A stretch of 39,323 bases of DNA from Tubiluchus corallicola (taxonomy: Eukaryota > Animalia > Priapulida), in NCBI GenBank assembly GCA_030141605.1, contig JAQGDQ010001469.1, forward strand, positions 1 to 39,323, written 5' to 3'. This document shows, in pieces, positions 1 through 12,000 of the stretch. The notes beneath the pieces are model-generated. The model worked only from the letters and a program-made list of their open reading frames with translations, had not been told where the DNA came from and did not search any database. The number at the start of each line of letters is the position of its first letter. Positions within the stretch are counted from its first letter, which is position 1. A program made the translations under genes and the position numbers.

Positions 1-269
1 ATTCATATAATTGGTAATATATAAGTAAACATTTCTGACAGTTTCAGTTCTGTTACAAATAAATTACCAGGTTAACATAGCATAGGTTTCTTACCTGAGT
101 TTTATTAACATAAAAATCATATACAATAAAACAAATTTTCGATAATAACATTATATAGAAAGTTTTTTGGGTCGCCCTTTAGATTGTCTTGTCTTCCTCT
201 TTGAACAATGCACAATACAACCTCAACGTGCGAAGTGATATTTTCATCATTGTTTGCTTGCTGCTTCAG

Positions 270-416
270 GTGTCTCGCTATCCGTCTTGATGTCCAGCAC
301 TTTGCAAGTAAACCCGGACATACGGGAAGCCCATCAGCTGAAGGGTTGGTGGAAGATGGAAGGTTCCTCCGCGCAAACTCAGTCTCTTTCGACAGCGGGA
401 GGCAGTTCCGCTGGAG
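270..416 (+). CDS. RPA1: RPA1 exon 10, left copy
   Basis: ttcag|GTGTCTCG...GCTGGAG|gtaagt, 147 nt. Confidence 0.9.
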
Positions 417-2270
417 GTAAGTTCGAAATTGCTTAAATGCAAAAATGATGCTTATAATCAACAATGGCGGCTCGTTGTTACAATTATTGGAGGTGCTGCT
501 TCAGAAAATGTTTAGCTATTATTTTTACACTGTGTAAGATTTGTAATTGTAATTTTAAGCAAACAAACAGACCAACGTTGATAAATCCTAAACAAACAGT
601 ACTGCTTTCTTACGAATAACCTAAACTGCCACAGTTCAAGAATATGCCAGTACACGGTTTTTAAATATGTGGCAAGTACTATGTGTGAGTGACAGTACTT
701 TCTCTACCTAGCAGTAGACACTAGTAGTGCAGCGTTAAGCGTGTTGTCTCAGACATGTGCACATGGCCGCCTGTGCTTAACAGCCGAGCATACCACAGTA
801 CTTCCCTCACGCGCTCTGGTTCCGCACAAGAGTAATGAAAGAACTAAAGAAGAAAGAGTTATTATATTGAATATTATCGATAATATTGAGTGAAAATAGG
901 AGGGCATCGCGGTTCCACAGTACCTATTCACAAGCCGCCACTGCTAGTCAGCAATGAAAAACACAACTTGCTGTGGGTTAAAGTGTTTGTAGTAGAACAA
1001 CTTACAACTGATTGAGTGTAGCCTTGATACTGGTGATCCCAGGAGAGGATTTGTTTTAATTATCACGACAAGCGTGTTTTGCGTTTAGTGTGTTCAGCCA
1101 AGCATTTTTTCTTTTCTTTTTTCTCCTCATCTCCTAAGTAATTCTTGCTCTTTCTCATACTTACTTTTTTTCATAAATTTTTCTATATTACACCTTTTTT
1201 CTTTCCATACTCTCAGTTTTTAAACTTTACTCACTAACCTTGGTCAAATTACCCTGTTAATAAGACCCCATTTGAAACTACTACATATAATAATCCTAAT
1301 TACTGAATAATTGTATTGTTTTGTTTAGATTTAGGTATCTAACTTTATTATTTTTTGTTTTGAGTTCTTTTTGGATATTTTGTATAATTTATACTGTTTT
1401 TATTATTAGTTTTTCTTATTCGTTTTTGTCTTTGTTATCTGCAGCATCACCGTTAATTTTTAATAGACTAATCTATTTATAAGAAAGAGCAGGAGACTAG
1501 ATGACCCTATGGTCCTTCCCTGCCCTGCTCCATGATTATAATTACTTAATATTTAAAAAAACTTTTGATGTTAAACTAATTGGAGAAACTAAATGTTCTA
1601 TGTTCTATGCAATGCATTACAAGCAAGAGCTTAGACTTGTGAGATAGATTCTGATACTCATTGCCGGATTGCTAGGCATTAACATTGAACACATCATCAG
1701 TGATCTGGGTATTTAAAGATTCAGACTGCAGTAGTGCATATCGGTTTTTGGCCAAATGACATGTTTACACCTGTTAAGTTGCCAGTTTTTTGTTTGCGAT
1801 CTGTAGCAGATCACGTGCGTTGCTGTGACCGTGTGTTTGCAATCTGTAGCAGATCACGTGCGTTGCTGTGACCGTGTGTTTGCAATCTGTAGCAGATCAC
1901 GTGCGTTGCTGTGACCGTGTGTTTGTGATCTGTAGCAGATCACGTGCGTTGCTGTGACCGTGTGTTTGCGATCTGTAGCAGATCAAGTGCGTTGCTGTGA
2001 CCGTGTGTCTGCGATCTGTAGCAGATCACGTGCGTTGCTGTGACCGTGTGTTTGCGATCTGTAGCAGATCACGTGTGACTGTGCGTTGCTTTGATTGTGT
2101 GTAGCTGATCACCTGCTTGATATGAATTCCTGTTAATTTCAGCCTTTGCGACAAACTGGAAGACTTTGCAGCAGGTTAAAGAAGAAAATCTGGGATACGG
2201 CGACAAACCCGACTATATTTCACAGAAAGCTTCTGTCGTCTTTTTTAGGAAAGAGAATTGTCTGTATCAG
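270..2270 (+). CDS. RPA1: RPA1 left copy, exons 10-11 (5' part outside window, 3'-truncated at the 3491 junction)
   Basis: Exon 270-416 encodes [28 protein letters not shown].. and exon 2143-2270 encodes ..[40 protein letters not shown] (end of DBD-B, start of DBD-C), with AG/GT borders. Confidence 0.92.
1791..2076. repeat. 43-bp minisatellite, about 7 units
   Basis: Unit gtgtgtttgcgatctgtagcagatcacgtgcgttgctgtgacc. Confidence 0.93.
2143..2270 (+). CDS. RPA1: RPA1 exon 11, left copy
   Basis: tttcag|CCTTTGCG...TATCAG|gttggt, 128 nt. Confidence 0.9.
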
Positions 2271-2474
2271 GTTGGTGTTTTCAAGATACTAGACTTGGCA
2301 ATTCAAATCTGTAATCTAAATCTTCGTACAGCACAGCAGAACTGTTAATAGAAACGTCAATAAAATTGTCGAATTATTAAGTATTGATAAGAACGGTTCA
2401 ACCCTTTGCAGTATTTTCATAATATTCATTATTAGTAGAACAAATGTGATTATTTAAAACATCAGAAAACCCTA

Positions 2475-2819
2475 TACAGTTATACAGTTAAACCGGACCC
2501 CGTTAGCCCGGATATCGGATAAGACGGACGTCATCCGTGGTAAAGGAAACTGACCGATTTCCGTCCGAGCCGGAGTGCTAAACACAACACGGCCTACCAA
2601 CTGTACAATAATTTCTTTATCCTCACAGGTTAACTATTTTAAAGTAATATACAGTATAGTACATAGTGCACAGTATATAGTGCAATGTATATAGGCCTTA
2701 TTAACGTGATTATTCCTGTATAATATAGACAATATGTAGGCATATCGGATAAATCGGACAATCGGCTACACCGGACCACCCACCCCCCAATTAGTCCGGT
2801 TTAACGAGGGTTGACTGTA
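2475..2819. mobile_element. Tc1/pogo-like MITE private to left copy
   Basis: tacagtta...tgactgta ends at TA; the empty site near 5760-5775 reads aaaaccgcatagttacctag on the minus strand. Confidence 0.75.
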
Positions 2820-3094
2820 GTTACCTAGAGCTAAAAAAATTGCTTTGAAATTTTCTGTAACCTACCTACTGTATTATTGCGCACAGAGCTTGCGTTAGGA
2901 GTAACGTTGTAAATCTGATCTCCCGCGATGACTGTTAGGTGCAGCCGCATTTTAGAAGGTCGTTTGAAACAAGTTTAGATGACAATGTGTAAAGTTTAGA
3001 AAAATAATCAGAAAGTTCTGTAGCAGAACTAAGCAGTAGTATAAATTACTTTACCTAGACAGTAGGATGAATAAGTTGTCATATATAATATGTT

Positions 3095-3214
3095 GACTGC
3101 GGCCAAATCGTGTTGAAAACACCGGTTCTCGTCTGATCACCGAAGTTAAGCAACGTAGAGCCTGGTTAGTACTTGGATGGGTGACCGCCTAGGAATACCA
3201 GGTGCTGTAGGCTT
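3095..3214 (+). rRNA. 5S rRNA-derived sequence (degenerate, head of a SINE)
   Basis: 120 nt resembling metazoan 5S (gttgaaaacaccggttctcgtctgatcaccgaagttaagcaacg...gttagtacttggatgggtgaccgcc...ggtgctgtaggctt); degenerate 5' end, no T4+ terminator. Confidence 0.9.
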
Positions 3215-3491
3215 TCTTGATGCCCACACTGTATCTCGACACTAGGCGGAGGAGCTGCACAAGGCAGCCAACAGCTAGAGGGCGGAGGAGGTCATGTGAT
3301 CCAACGGCCATGTGTAGAGGAGTAAACCTTCCAAATCAGGAGTGTAGCCCCGAGGGCGGACCAGTGCAGCATGCTCACTGACTCCGGCAGCTCCTGCAGC
3401 CAACCTGGTGCCAAACGCTTTGCTTTACTTTGGACTACACCAGGGAGGAAGAGAGGGGTTCTGTTGTCTGGGTAACTCAGGATCTCCATAC
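3095..3491 (+). mobile_element. Same SINE, 3'-truncated at the palindrome junction
   Basis: Collinear with 5493-5091, same insertion point after gttgtcatatataatat, lacks the last ~145 nt. Confidence 0.7.
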
Positions 3492-3556
3492 TTCTACTTC
3501 TACTACTACTACTACTACTACCACTACTACTACGACCACTTCTACTACTACGACTT

Positions 3557-3587
<31 letters not shown>

Positions 3588-3637
3588 CACTACTACTACT
3601 TCTACTACTACTACTTCTACTACTACTACTACTACTT

Positions 3638-3668
<31 letters not shown>

Positions 3669-3714
3669 CACTACCACTGCTACAGTTGCTGCTGCTGCTA
3701 CTACTACTATTATT
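3491..3714. repeat. (ACT)n microsatellite with TCT/ACC variants
   Basis: Directly visible; source of the poly-T/Y/V ORFs. Confidence 0.97.
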
Positions 3715-4946
3715 AGCATTTATTAGTTGTTAAAAACTGTCTCTTCAAGCCGTATTGTATAACCTGTTATTCAATAAAAATATGTTTAAACCAACTGAAA
3801 GACCAAGACAGGTATCATGGCGAGAGCAATCTATTTATAGAGGTTACATCGCACGCAAGTAACCCGATGAACAGAATCACTAAGTGTAACGAAACTGCGG
3901 AGTCATTACAGCCAGGAAGTCAAGAACAGATTGAGGAAATCAAGCAATGCTTACTGATAACATGATCCTCCATTTGAAATTGGGATAATTCCTGCTGCAC
4001 TTTTCACACCTGAACGTACCATCATTATTGTCAATCACTTTCTTATTACAATCACTAGTTGGACATGCCTGCAAAAATACATACACTTATCGACTAGCTG
4101 AGCCTGGAAACCCACACAGTACTTACTTTGTGTTTGCAAACTACAGCCGTCCATAAGTGGGCATAGTTAAAACTACGTTACGATACTTCAAAGTAGAATG
4201 CACCAAAAAATTTGGTCAAATGTCGATTTTTCGTATTTTATGAAAAGCAATGCTAAATATATTGGACTTCTATATTCTAGCATCAAATTATCATGAAAAA
4301 GTTAAAAAAACACTAAAAATTTAATTTTATAACCCTGTACACACTATCCTGTCTAGATCTAGAATTAGTATTAGAAACTAGTGTCTAGAAACTAGCACGG
4401 CAATTGTAAAAAAACTGAAATTTTCCGACTCCGATTGTAGCTCCTTGAAGCAGTCATTTCGCTTCTTGTTTTTTTCTCTTGCCAAGACCAGATCTTCGTC
4501 AGGAAGAGCCATCTACTGGATTTAAACATAACTTCAATGCGTTCTTGCAAAGTCCATAGAAACCAAAGTTTGTACGGTTGCTAAGTGTTTCGTAGAAACG
4601 CGACAAAAAACAATGGCTGACTCTAACAATGACTTTCTCAAGGTTATGTTTTTCAGTGTGTAGCCTGCACCTCAACTTCAACGCGGATTATCTCAGCTTG
4701 GAAAATACATCATGAAATATATGATACAAAGGGAAGTTGTTTAACTGCAACAGACCAAGTAGAGGTAGCTTCACATTTTATAATTTAATTTGGTGTTAGA
4801 TTTATTCTAATCCCCATTCTATCCTTTAATCTTGCTCAGTGCATTCAATTTTGTATGTAAGTATATACATTTTATATATATATATTTTGTATATAAGCTT
4901 AAAGCTTGTTATTGTGTATCTAGTCACTAATATACATAAAAACTAT

Positions 4947-5493
4947 GTGGTTGGCATCCTTCTGTCTCGGAAGACAATGGAGTGTGCGCCAAGAGAGTCA
5001 GTTATTGATCACATTGATGGAGCTGCAGCGTCGACTGTGACTGAGCAGTCCGATCCTTGAACGTCTCCAGGGCGCACGCCTGGGCAAGGTGTATGGAGAT
5101 CCTGAGTTGCCCAGACAACAGGAACCCCGTCTCTTCCTCGCTGGTGTAGTCCAAAGGAAGGCGGAGCGATACGTTTGGCACCAGGTTGGCTGCAGGAGCT
5201 GCCGGAGTCAGTGAGCATGCTGCACTGGTCCGCCTTCGGGACTCCACTCCTGGTTTGGAAGGTTTACTCCTCTACACATGACCGTTGGGTCACTTGACCT
5301 CCTCCGCCCTCTAGCCGTTGGCTGCTTGTGCAGCTCCTCCGCCTAGTGTCGAGATACAGTGTGGGCATCCCGCAAGCCTACAGCACCTGGTATTCCTAGA
5401 CGGTCACCCATCCGAGTACTAACCAGGTGCCATGTTGCTTAACTTCGGTGATCAGACAAGAACCGGTGTTTTCAACATGATTTGGCCGTAGTC
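4947..5493 (-). mobile_element. Putative 5S-headed SINE (SINE3 type) with RTE-LINE-like body, apparently full length
   Basis: 5S head runs into a GC-rich ~430-nt body ending cattgtcttccgagacagaaggatgccaacc. Motifs such as cgtttggcaccaggttggctgcaggag, gggactccactcc and gcctgggcaaggtgtatggag (plus strand) resemble RTE-clade UTR sequence as remembered. Confidence 0.7.
5374..5493 (-). rRNA. 5S rRNA-derived sequence (degenerate, head of a SINE)
   Basis: Mirror copy of 3095-3214 with about 10 differences, followed by gcgggatg rather than oligo-T. Confidence 0.88.
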
Positions 5494-5964
5494 ATATTAT
5501 ATATGACAACATATTAATCTTACTGTCTAGGTAAAGTAATTTATACTACTGCTTAGTTCTGCTACACAACTTTCTGATTATTTTTCTAAACTTTACACAT
5601 TGTCATCTAAACTTGTTTCAAACGACCTTTTAAAATACGGCTGCACCTAACAGCCATCGCGGGAGATCAGATTTACAATGCTATTGCTGACGCAAGCTCT
5701 ATGCGCAATAAGGCAGTATGTAGGTTATAGAAAATTTCAACGCAATTTTTTAGCTCTAGGTAACTATGCGGTTTTCTGATGTTTTAAATAATCACATTTA
5801 TTCTACTAATGATTTATGAAAATACTGCAAAGTGTGAAAGCATTCTTATCTATACTTAATAACTCACAATTTTATTGATGTTTCTATTAACAGTTCTGCT
5901 GTGCTGTACGAAGATTTAGATTACAGATTTGAATCGCCAAGTCTAGTATCTTGAAAACACCAAC

Positions 5965-6092
5965 CTGATACAGACAATTCTCTTTCCTAAAAAAGACGAC
6001 AGAAGCTTTCTGTGAAATATAGTCGGGTTTGTCGCCGTATCCGAGATTTTCTTCTTTAACCTGTTGTAAAGTCTTCCAGTTTGTCGCAAAGC
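5965..6092 (-). CDS. RPA1: RPA1 exon 11, middle copy
   Basis: Reverse complement of 2143-2270 with 4 substitutions, splice sites kept. Confidence 0.9.
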
Positions 6093-9000
6093 CTGAAATT
6101 AACAGGAATTCATATCAGGCACGTGATCTGCTACAGATCACAAACACATGGTCACAGCAACGCACTTAACACATGGTCACAGCAACGCACTTAACACACG
6201 GTCACAGCAATGCACGTGATCTGCTACAGATCGCAAACACACGGTCACAGCAACGCACGTGATCTGCTACAGATCGCAAACACACGGTCACAGCAATGCA
6301 CGTGATCTGCTACAGATCACAAACACATGGTCACAGCAACGCACTTAAGACACACGGTCACAGCAACGCACGTGATCTGCTACAGATCGCAAACAAAAAA
6401 CTGGCAACTTAACAGGTGTAAACATGTGATTTGGCTAAAAACTGATATGCACTACTGCAGTCTGAATCTTTAAATACCCAGATCACTGATGATGTGTTCA
6501 ATGTTAATGCCTAGCAATCCGGCAATGAGTATCAGAATCTATCTCACAAGTAGTAACAGTGCCACAAAAATGACTAAGCTCTTGCTTATGATGCATTGCA
6601 TCAGTGCTTGCATAGAACGTAGAACATTTAGTTTCTCCAATTAGTTTAACATCAAAAGTTTTTTTAAATATTAAGTAATTATAATCATAGAGCAGGGCAG
6701 GGAAGGACCATAGGGTCATCTAGTCTCCTGCCCTTTCTTATAAATAGATTAGTCTATTAAAAATTAACGGTGATGCTGCAGATAACAAAGACAAAAACGA
6801 ATAAGGAAAACTAATAATAAAAACAGTATAAATTATACAAAATATCCAAAAAGAACTCAAAACAAAAAATAATAAAGTTAGATACCTAAATCTAAACAAA
6901 ACAATACAATTATTCAGTAATTAGGATTATTATATGTAGTAGTTTCAAATGGGGTCTTATTAACAGGGTAATTTGACCAAGGTTAGTGAGTAAAGTTTAA
7001 AAACTGAGAGTATGGAAAGAAAAAAGGTGTAATATAGAAAAATTTATGAAAAAAAGTAAGTATGAGAAAGAGCAAGAATTACTTAGGAGATGAGGAGAAA
7101 AAAGAAAAGAAAAAATGCTTGGCTGAACACACTAAACGCAAAACACGCTTGTCGTGATAATTAAAACAAATCCTCTCCTGGGATCACCAGTATCAAGGCT
7201 ACACTCAATCAGTTGTAAGTTGTTCTACTACAAACACTTTAACCCACAGCAAGTTGTGTTTTTCATTGCTGACTAGCAGTGGCGGCTTGTGAATAGGTAC
7301 TGTGGAACCGCGATGCCCTCCTATTTTCACTCAATATTATCGATAATATTCAATATAATAACTCTTTCTTCTTTAGTTCTTTCATTACTCTTGTGCGGAA
7401 CCAGAGCGCGTGAGGGAAGTACTGTGGTATGCTCGGCTGTTAAGCACAGGCGGCCATGTGCACATGTCTGAGACAACACGCTTAACGCTGCACTACCAGC
7501 TTCTACTGCTAGGTAGAGAAAGTACTGTCACTCACACAGTATCTTGTCAATTGCCACATATTTAAAAACCGTGTACTGGCATATTCTTGAACTGTGACAG
7601 TTTAGGCTATTCGTAAGAAAGCAGTACTGTTTGTTTAGGATATATCAACGTTGGTCTGTTTGTTTGCTTAAAATTACAATTACAAATTACAAAATTAAAT
7701 TACACACGTTTGTTACGTTTTACACAGTATTAAAATAATGGCTAAACATTTTCTGAAGCAGCACCTCCAGTAATTGTAACAACGAGCCGCCATTGTTGAT
7801 TATAAACATGTTCGCATTTAAGCAAATTCGAACTTACCTCCAGCGGAACTACCCCCCGCTGTCGAAAGAGACTGAGTTTGCGCGGACGAACCTTCCATCT
7901 TCCACCAACCCTTCAGCTGATGGGCTTCCCGGATGTCCGGGTTTACTTGCAAAGTGCTGGACATCAAGACGGATAGCGAGACACCTGGAGCAGCAAGCGA
8001 ACAATGATGAAAATATCACTCCGCGCGTTGAGGTTGTATTGTGCATTGTTCAAAGAGGAAGACAAGACAATCTAAAGGGCGACCCAAAAAACTTTCTATA
8101 TAATGTTATTATCGAAAATTTGTTTTATTGTATATGATTTTTATGTTAATAAAACTCAGGTAAGAAACCTATGCTATGTTAACCTGGTAATTTATTTGTA
8201 ACAGAACTGAAACTGTCAGAAATGTTTATTTATATATTACCAATTATATGAATAGCATAATTATCACAAATAGCACAATGCACTAAAGCACAATAATCAC
8301 CTTATAAGGCATAACATGAATTCAATTTAGGTGCACCATAATGTTAACTATAATTTAGCAGTATAGGCTTATACAGAGAGACTTGCTCTGTTAGCCAGTG
8401 AAAGCTAAGAGAGTCGTCCTCGTTGCTCATGTAGAGCGGCCTTATATAAACTTTTCCTTCATAAATTAATCTAAATAGTGGGCTTCATGCAATGCATATA
8501 TGCATCTAAATAGTGGGCTTCATGCAATGCATACATGCATCTAAATAGTGGGCTTCATGCAATGCATACATGCATCTAAATAGTCGGCTTCATGCAATGC
8601 ATACATGCATCTAAATAGTCGGCTTCATGCAATGCATATATGCATCTAAATAGTGGGCTTCATGCAATGCATACATGCATCTAAATAGTCGGCTTCATGC
8701 AATGCATACATGCATCTAAATAGTGGGCTTCATGCAATGCATACATGCATCTAAATAGTGGGCTTCATGCAATGCATACATGCATCTAAATAGTCGGCTT
8801 CATGCAATGCATACATGCATCTAAATAGTGGGCTTCATGCAATGCATACATGCATCTAAATAGTGGGCTTCATGCAATGCATACTTGTATGGTCTGAAAC
8901 TAACTACAGACCTATTATAAGAGAAAATCTAAGTTTAACATTCAAGGCTATATTATAAGACTGTAGTTAAAGGAAAATTCATTAATTAGAAAAAATGCTA

Positions 9001-12000
9001 GAGAATTTGGGGGGAATTTTATAGACACATAAAATTAAATTTATCTTCGGGAAATATGCGATTTCCCGACAGTTATATTAGCATTACGCTCACCTGCTTA
9101 AACACTTATGTAGCAAGAAAAGAAACTTCTCAGCAATTTAAAATGTTTACACCAATTGGTAAAACGTCATTGACCCGCCTTACCAGTGTGAACCACTCAC
9201 TTGGCAAAAACATATTTTAAATGTTATTTATAAGATACAGTAATTCATACCTTTGTTTTGTTAGTGACGTGTGAGCTATGAATGCTCTGATTATTTTTTC
9301 AAACTTTGCGCCGTGTTATCTAAACTTGTTTCAAACATCGAAATGACTGCGCCTAACGATCATCGCAGGAGCTTAAATTTCAAGTATTACACAGCGTTGC
9401 TGCTAATACAAATTCTGTGCACAATAAAGGCATGTGTTGGGGATAATGATACTGCCATGTGCTGCCACCTTTTAGGCCTTGAATGAATTACTTGCTATAA
9501 ATTTGGACTGTATACTAATACTCAGGTGATTCATCTTTCTTCATACAGAAGGCAATAGGACAGTAAAGTGTCACACTGTCTAGATTCTGCTTAATTTAGC
9601 CTGATTTGATTATTTGGTAAATGTGACTTGTGACTTGCAGTTGTTGATGCTTTTAAGATTTAAATGCCAGAGCTGGCCAATATACGTAAGTTCAAAGTTT
9701 AATTTCTATTTGATGCAACATTTCTACTCTGCAACACTACATTTACAATTTTGTTGTAATCTGTAATGTTTTTGTAATTCACACCTAAATGATTTTTCAC
9801 ACCTAAATTTAATAAGGATATTCACACCTATTTTGATTTATTTTTTTTCCCGAGAACAAATAACCGTTAGCAAGCCAATGCGGAATTAGAAGTTTTTGTT
9901 TTGGGACATTCCGTCAGCTACAGTGTGTAAGTGACACAGAATTTCAAGACAATTTTTTAAGTTTTATATAAGTAAAGGGTTCTCTAGTTGTTTAAGAAAA
10001 GATGAACAAAATTGGAAGATGTCAGACAAAAGCCATGCCTTGGCAAAACAACAAATCAAAAATCTCAGTACAAGCAGCAACACCAATCACATTTCAAATG
10101 TCCTGCACAAACATCTGTGCTAATTTTACAAACATATTATTATCGTTGACGTTCCTAGAAGTACATTTCCAGTTTGGAGAAGTTGCTTTAGCACTTCCGG
10201 CCAATCATGTGCAAAAATTGCATGAGCAAAAAATTAAGCTCAAACGTAAAAAAAAACGTAATCGCACACACCCCCAAAATCAGAAATCCTGGCTCCCTTC
10301 ACGGCTACTACGGGACTCTCCGACGAATCAAACTTTTCCGCCTCCTCACCCCAGATCGTCATTCGAACTTCGGTGTTTGTGTCGTCCACCAGGGTGAGGT
10401 CTCGTTTCGATATCTCGCGATTTGTCGTCCTCGTTGTGATAGTCTGAACGTCGCTGGCGCTCTTACAAATTCCGATGACATCTGAGAAGAGAAAAATGTC
10501 AAGCAAAATTATGACAGAAAGTTTAGATAACATGAGAAGCAGAAAAAAGATCAGTGCAACTGCAGTATGCCCAACATACGCAATAGAGAAAAATTCCGGA
10601 AACTTAACCCTGACTAGCTTGCTTTGAATCCTGATTGGTTAAAGTCCCAAAAATCACCTTTCGAAACATTCATGTTGTCGTGACATATGTGTGCTTGCAT
10701 AGCAAAAATCGTCCATAAGTCAGCAATTAAACTTTTCTAGTTATTCACATATCTTGAATCTCCATTTCCTGAGGATCATTTTGATACAAAGTTCATCACT
10801 CTATGTTATTTCTAAGCTGAGATAATCCATGTTGAAGTTGAGGTGCAGGCTGCACACTGGAGAACTTAACCTTGAGAAAATCACTGTTAAAGTCAGCCAT
10901 TGTTTTTTTGTCTCATTTCTACAACACTTAGCAACCACACAAATGTTGGTTGCTACGGAGTTTGTAAAAGCACATTGAAGTGATGTTTAAGTCCAGTAGA
11001 TGGCTCTTCCTGACGGGGATCTGGGCTTGGAAACAAAAAGAACCCGAAGCAAAATGACTATCAGAGTTTGAAAATAGGAGTTTTTTACAATTGCAGTACT
11101 AATTTCTAGACAGAAAAGTGAGCAAGGAGTTATAAAATTAAATTTTTGGTGTTTTCTGAACACTTTCCTAATAATTTGATGCTAGAATATAAAAGTCCAA
11201 CATATTTAGCATTGGTTTTTACAAAATACGAAAAATTGACAATTGACCAAACTTTTTGCTGCATTTTACTTTGAAGTATCGTAACGTACTTTTAACTATG
11301 CCGACTTATGGAAGATTTTGGTTTGTAAGTACACACATTACCCCAGAAACGTATTTGGAAAGAAGTCGGAAATCTTAAAAGCAAACTGGATGATATGTCA
11401 CATCTTTTCTCATTATGAAGTGGCAGTAAAACGCATGAACTCTAAAGTATGTGCTCTCCTGCGCTGTGCAGTACATCACAACTGAACAGAGAGGCACAGA
11501 ACCTGCTTTCTGTGCAACACATTTCCAAGATGCATATAAACGGGATGGGAAAATGCATTCGTAAAATTAAACTTCTGTGTTAATAATTCTGTCATGTAAA
11601 TCACTGTTACATTCTCTCTCATTATTAGCTTAATATTGGCTGCTGTTCCTTTTAACGTTTCGGATGTCATATTAACCCTTTCACTACGTTACTTTTTAAC
11701 CGGGCCACAATGACTTTTGCGTATTTGATAACAACTTCTTGTAGTGTGCTACTAAAATAGAATCTTGTAAATAAATAAATAGTTGTTCGTCATTGAGTAT
11801 TAATATTAAATATTAGTTTTATTTCCGCACGTGCACACACACACACATTCACTCACTCACACGCATGCACACACACGTGCACACACATGCGAGCACACAC
11901 ACACACACACATTCACTCACTTACACGCACGCACACACACACACACACACCTGTGCACACAATCATAAATAAGCACATACATTTAGAAACCAGTTTTCAC

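Larger units (their letters stand above)
1..8253. repeat. Large imperfect inverted repeat 1 (tail-to-tail): arms 1-3491 and 5091-8253, spacer 3492-5090
   Basis: Base 1 onward is the reverse complement of 8253 downward; mirrored ORFs 749..931(-)/7289..7471(+) are identical; homology ends at ggatctccatac (3491) / gtatggagatcc (5091). Confidence 0.95.

Noticed and set aside
117-464. 115-aa ORF and similar antisense ORFs (7793..8137, 10002..10397, 38341..38814)
   Set aside because: Shadow frames opposite RPA1 exons, duplicated only because of the palindromes.
3408-3726. Poly-Tyr/Thr/Val ORFs
   Set aside because: Microsatellite translation.
3492-5090. RPA1 exon 12 (ACP..C zinc-ribbon exon) in the spacer
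   Set aside because: No ACPxxxCNKKV-like coding stretch was found by eye on either strand; tBLASTn would confirm.
3095-5493. Functional 5S rRNA genes
   Set aside because: Both copies are degenerate, differ from each other at about 10 sites, lack oligo-T terminators and continue into a shared body.
8469-8884. CRISPR array (35-bp period; also the 43- and 60-bp arrays)
   Set aside because: Contiguous tandem units without unique spacers, in eukaryotic introns.
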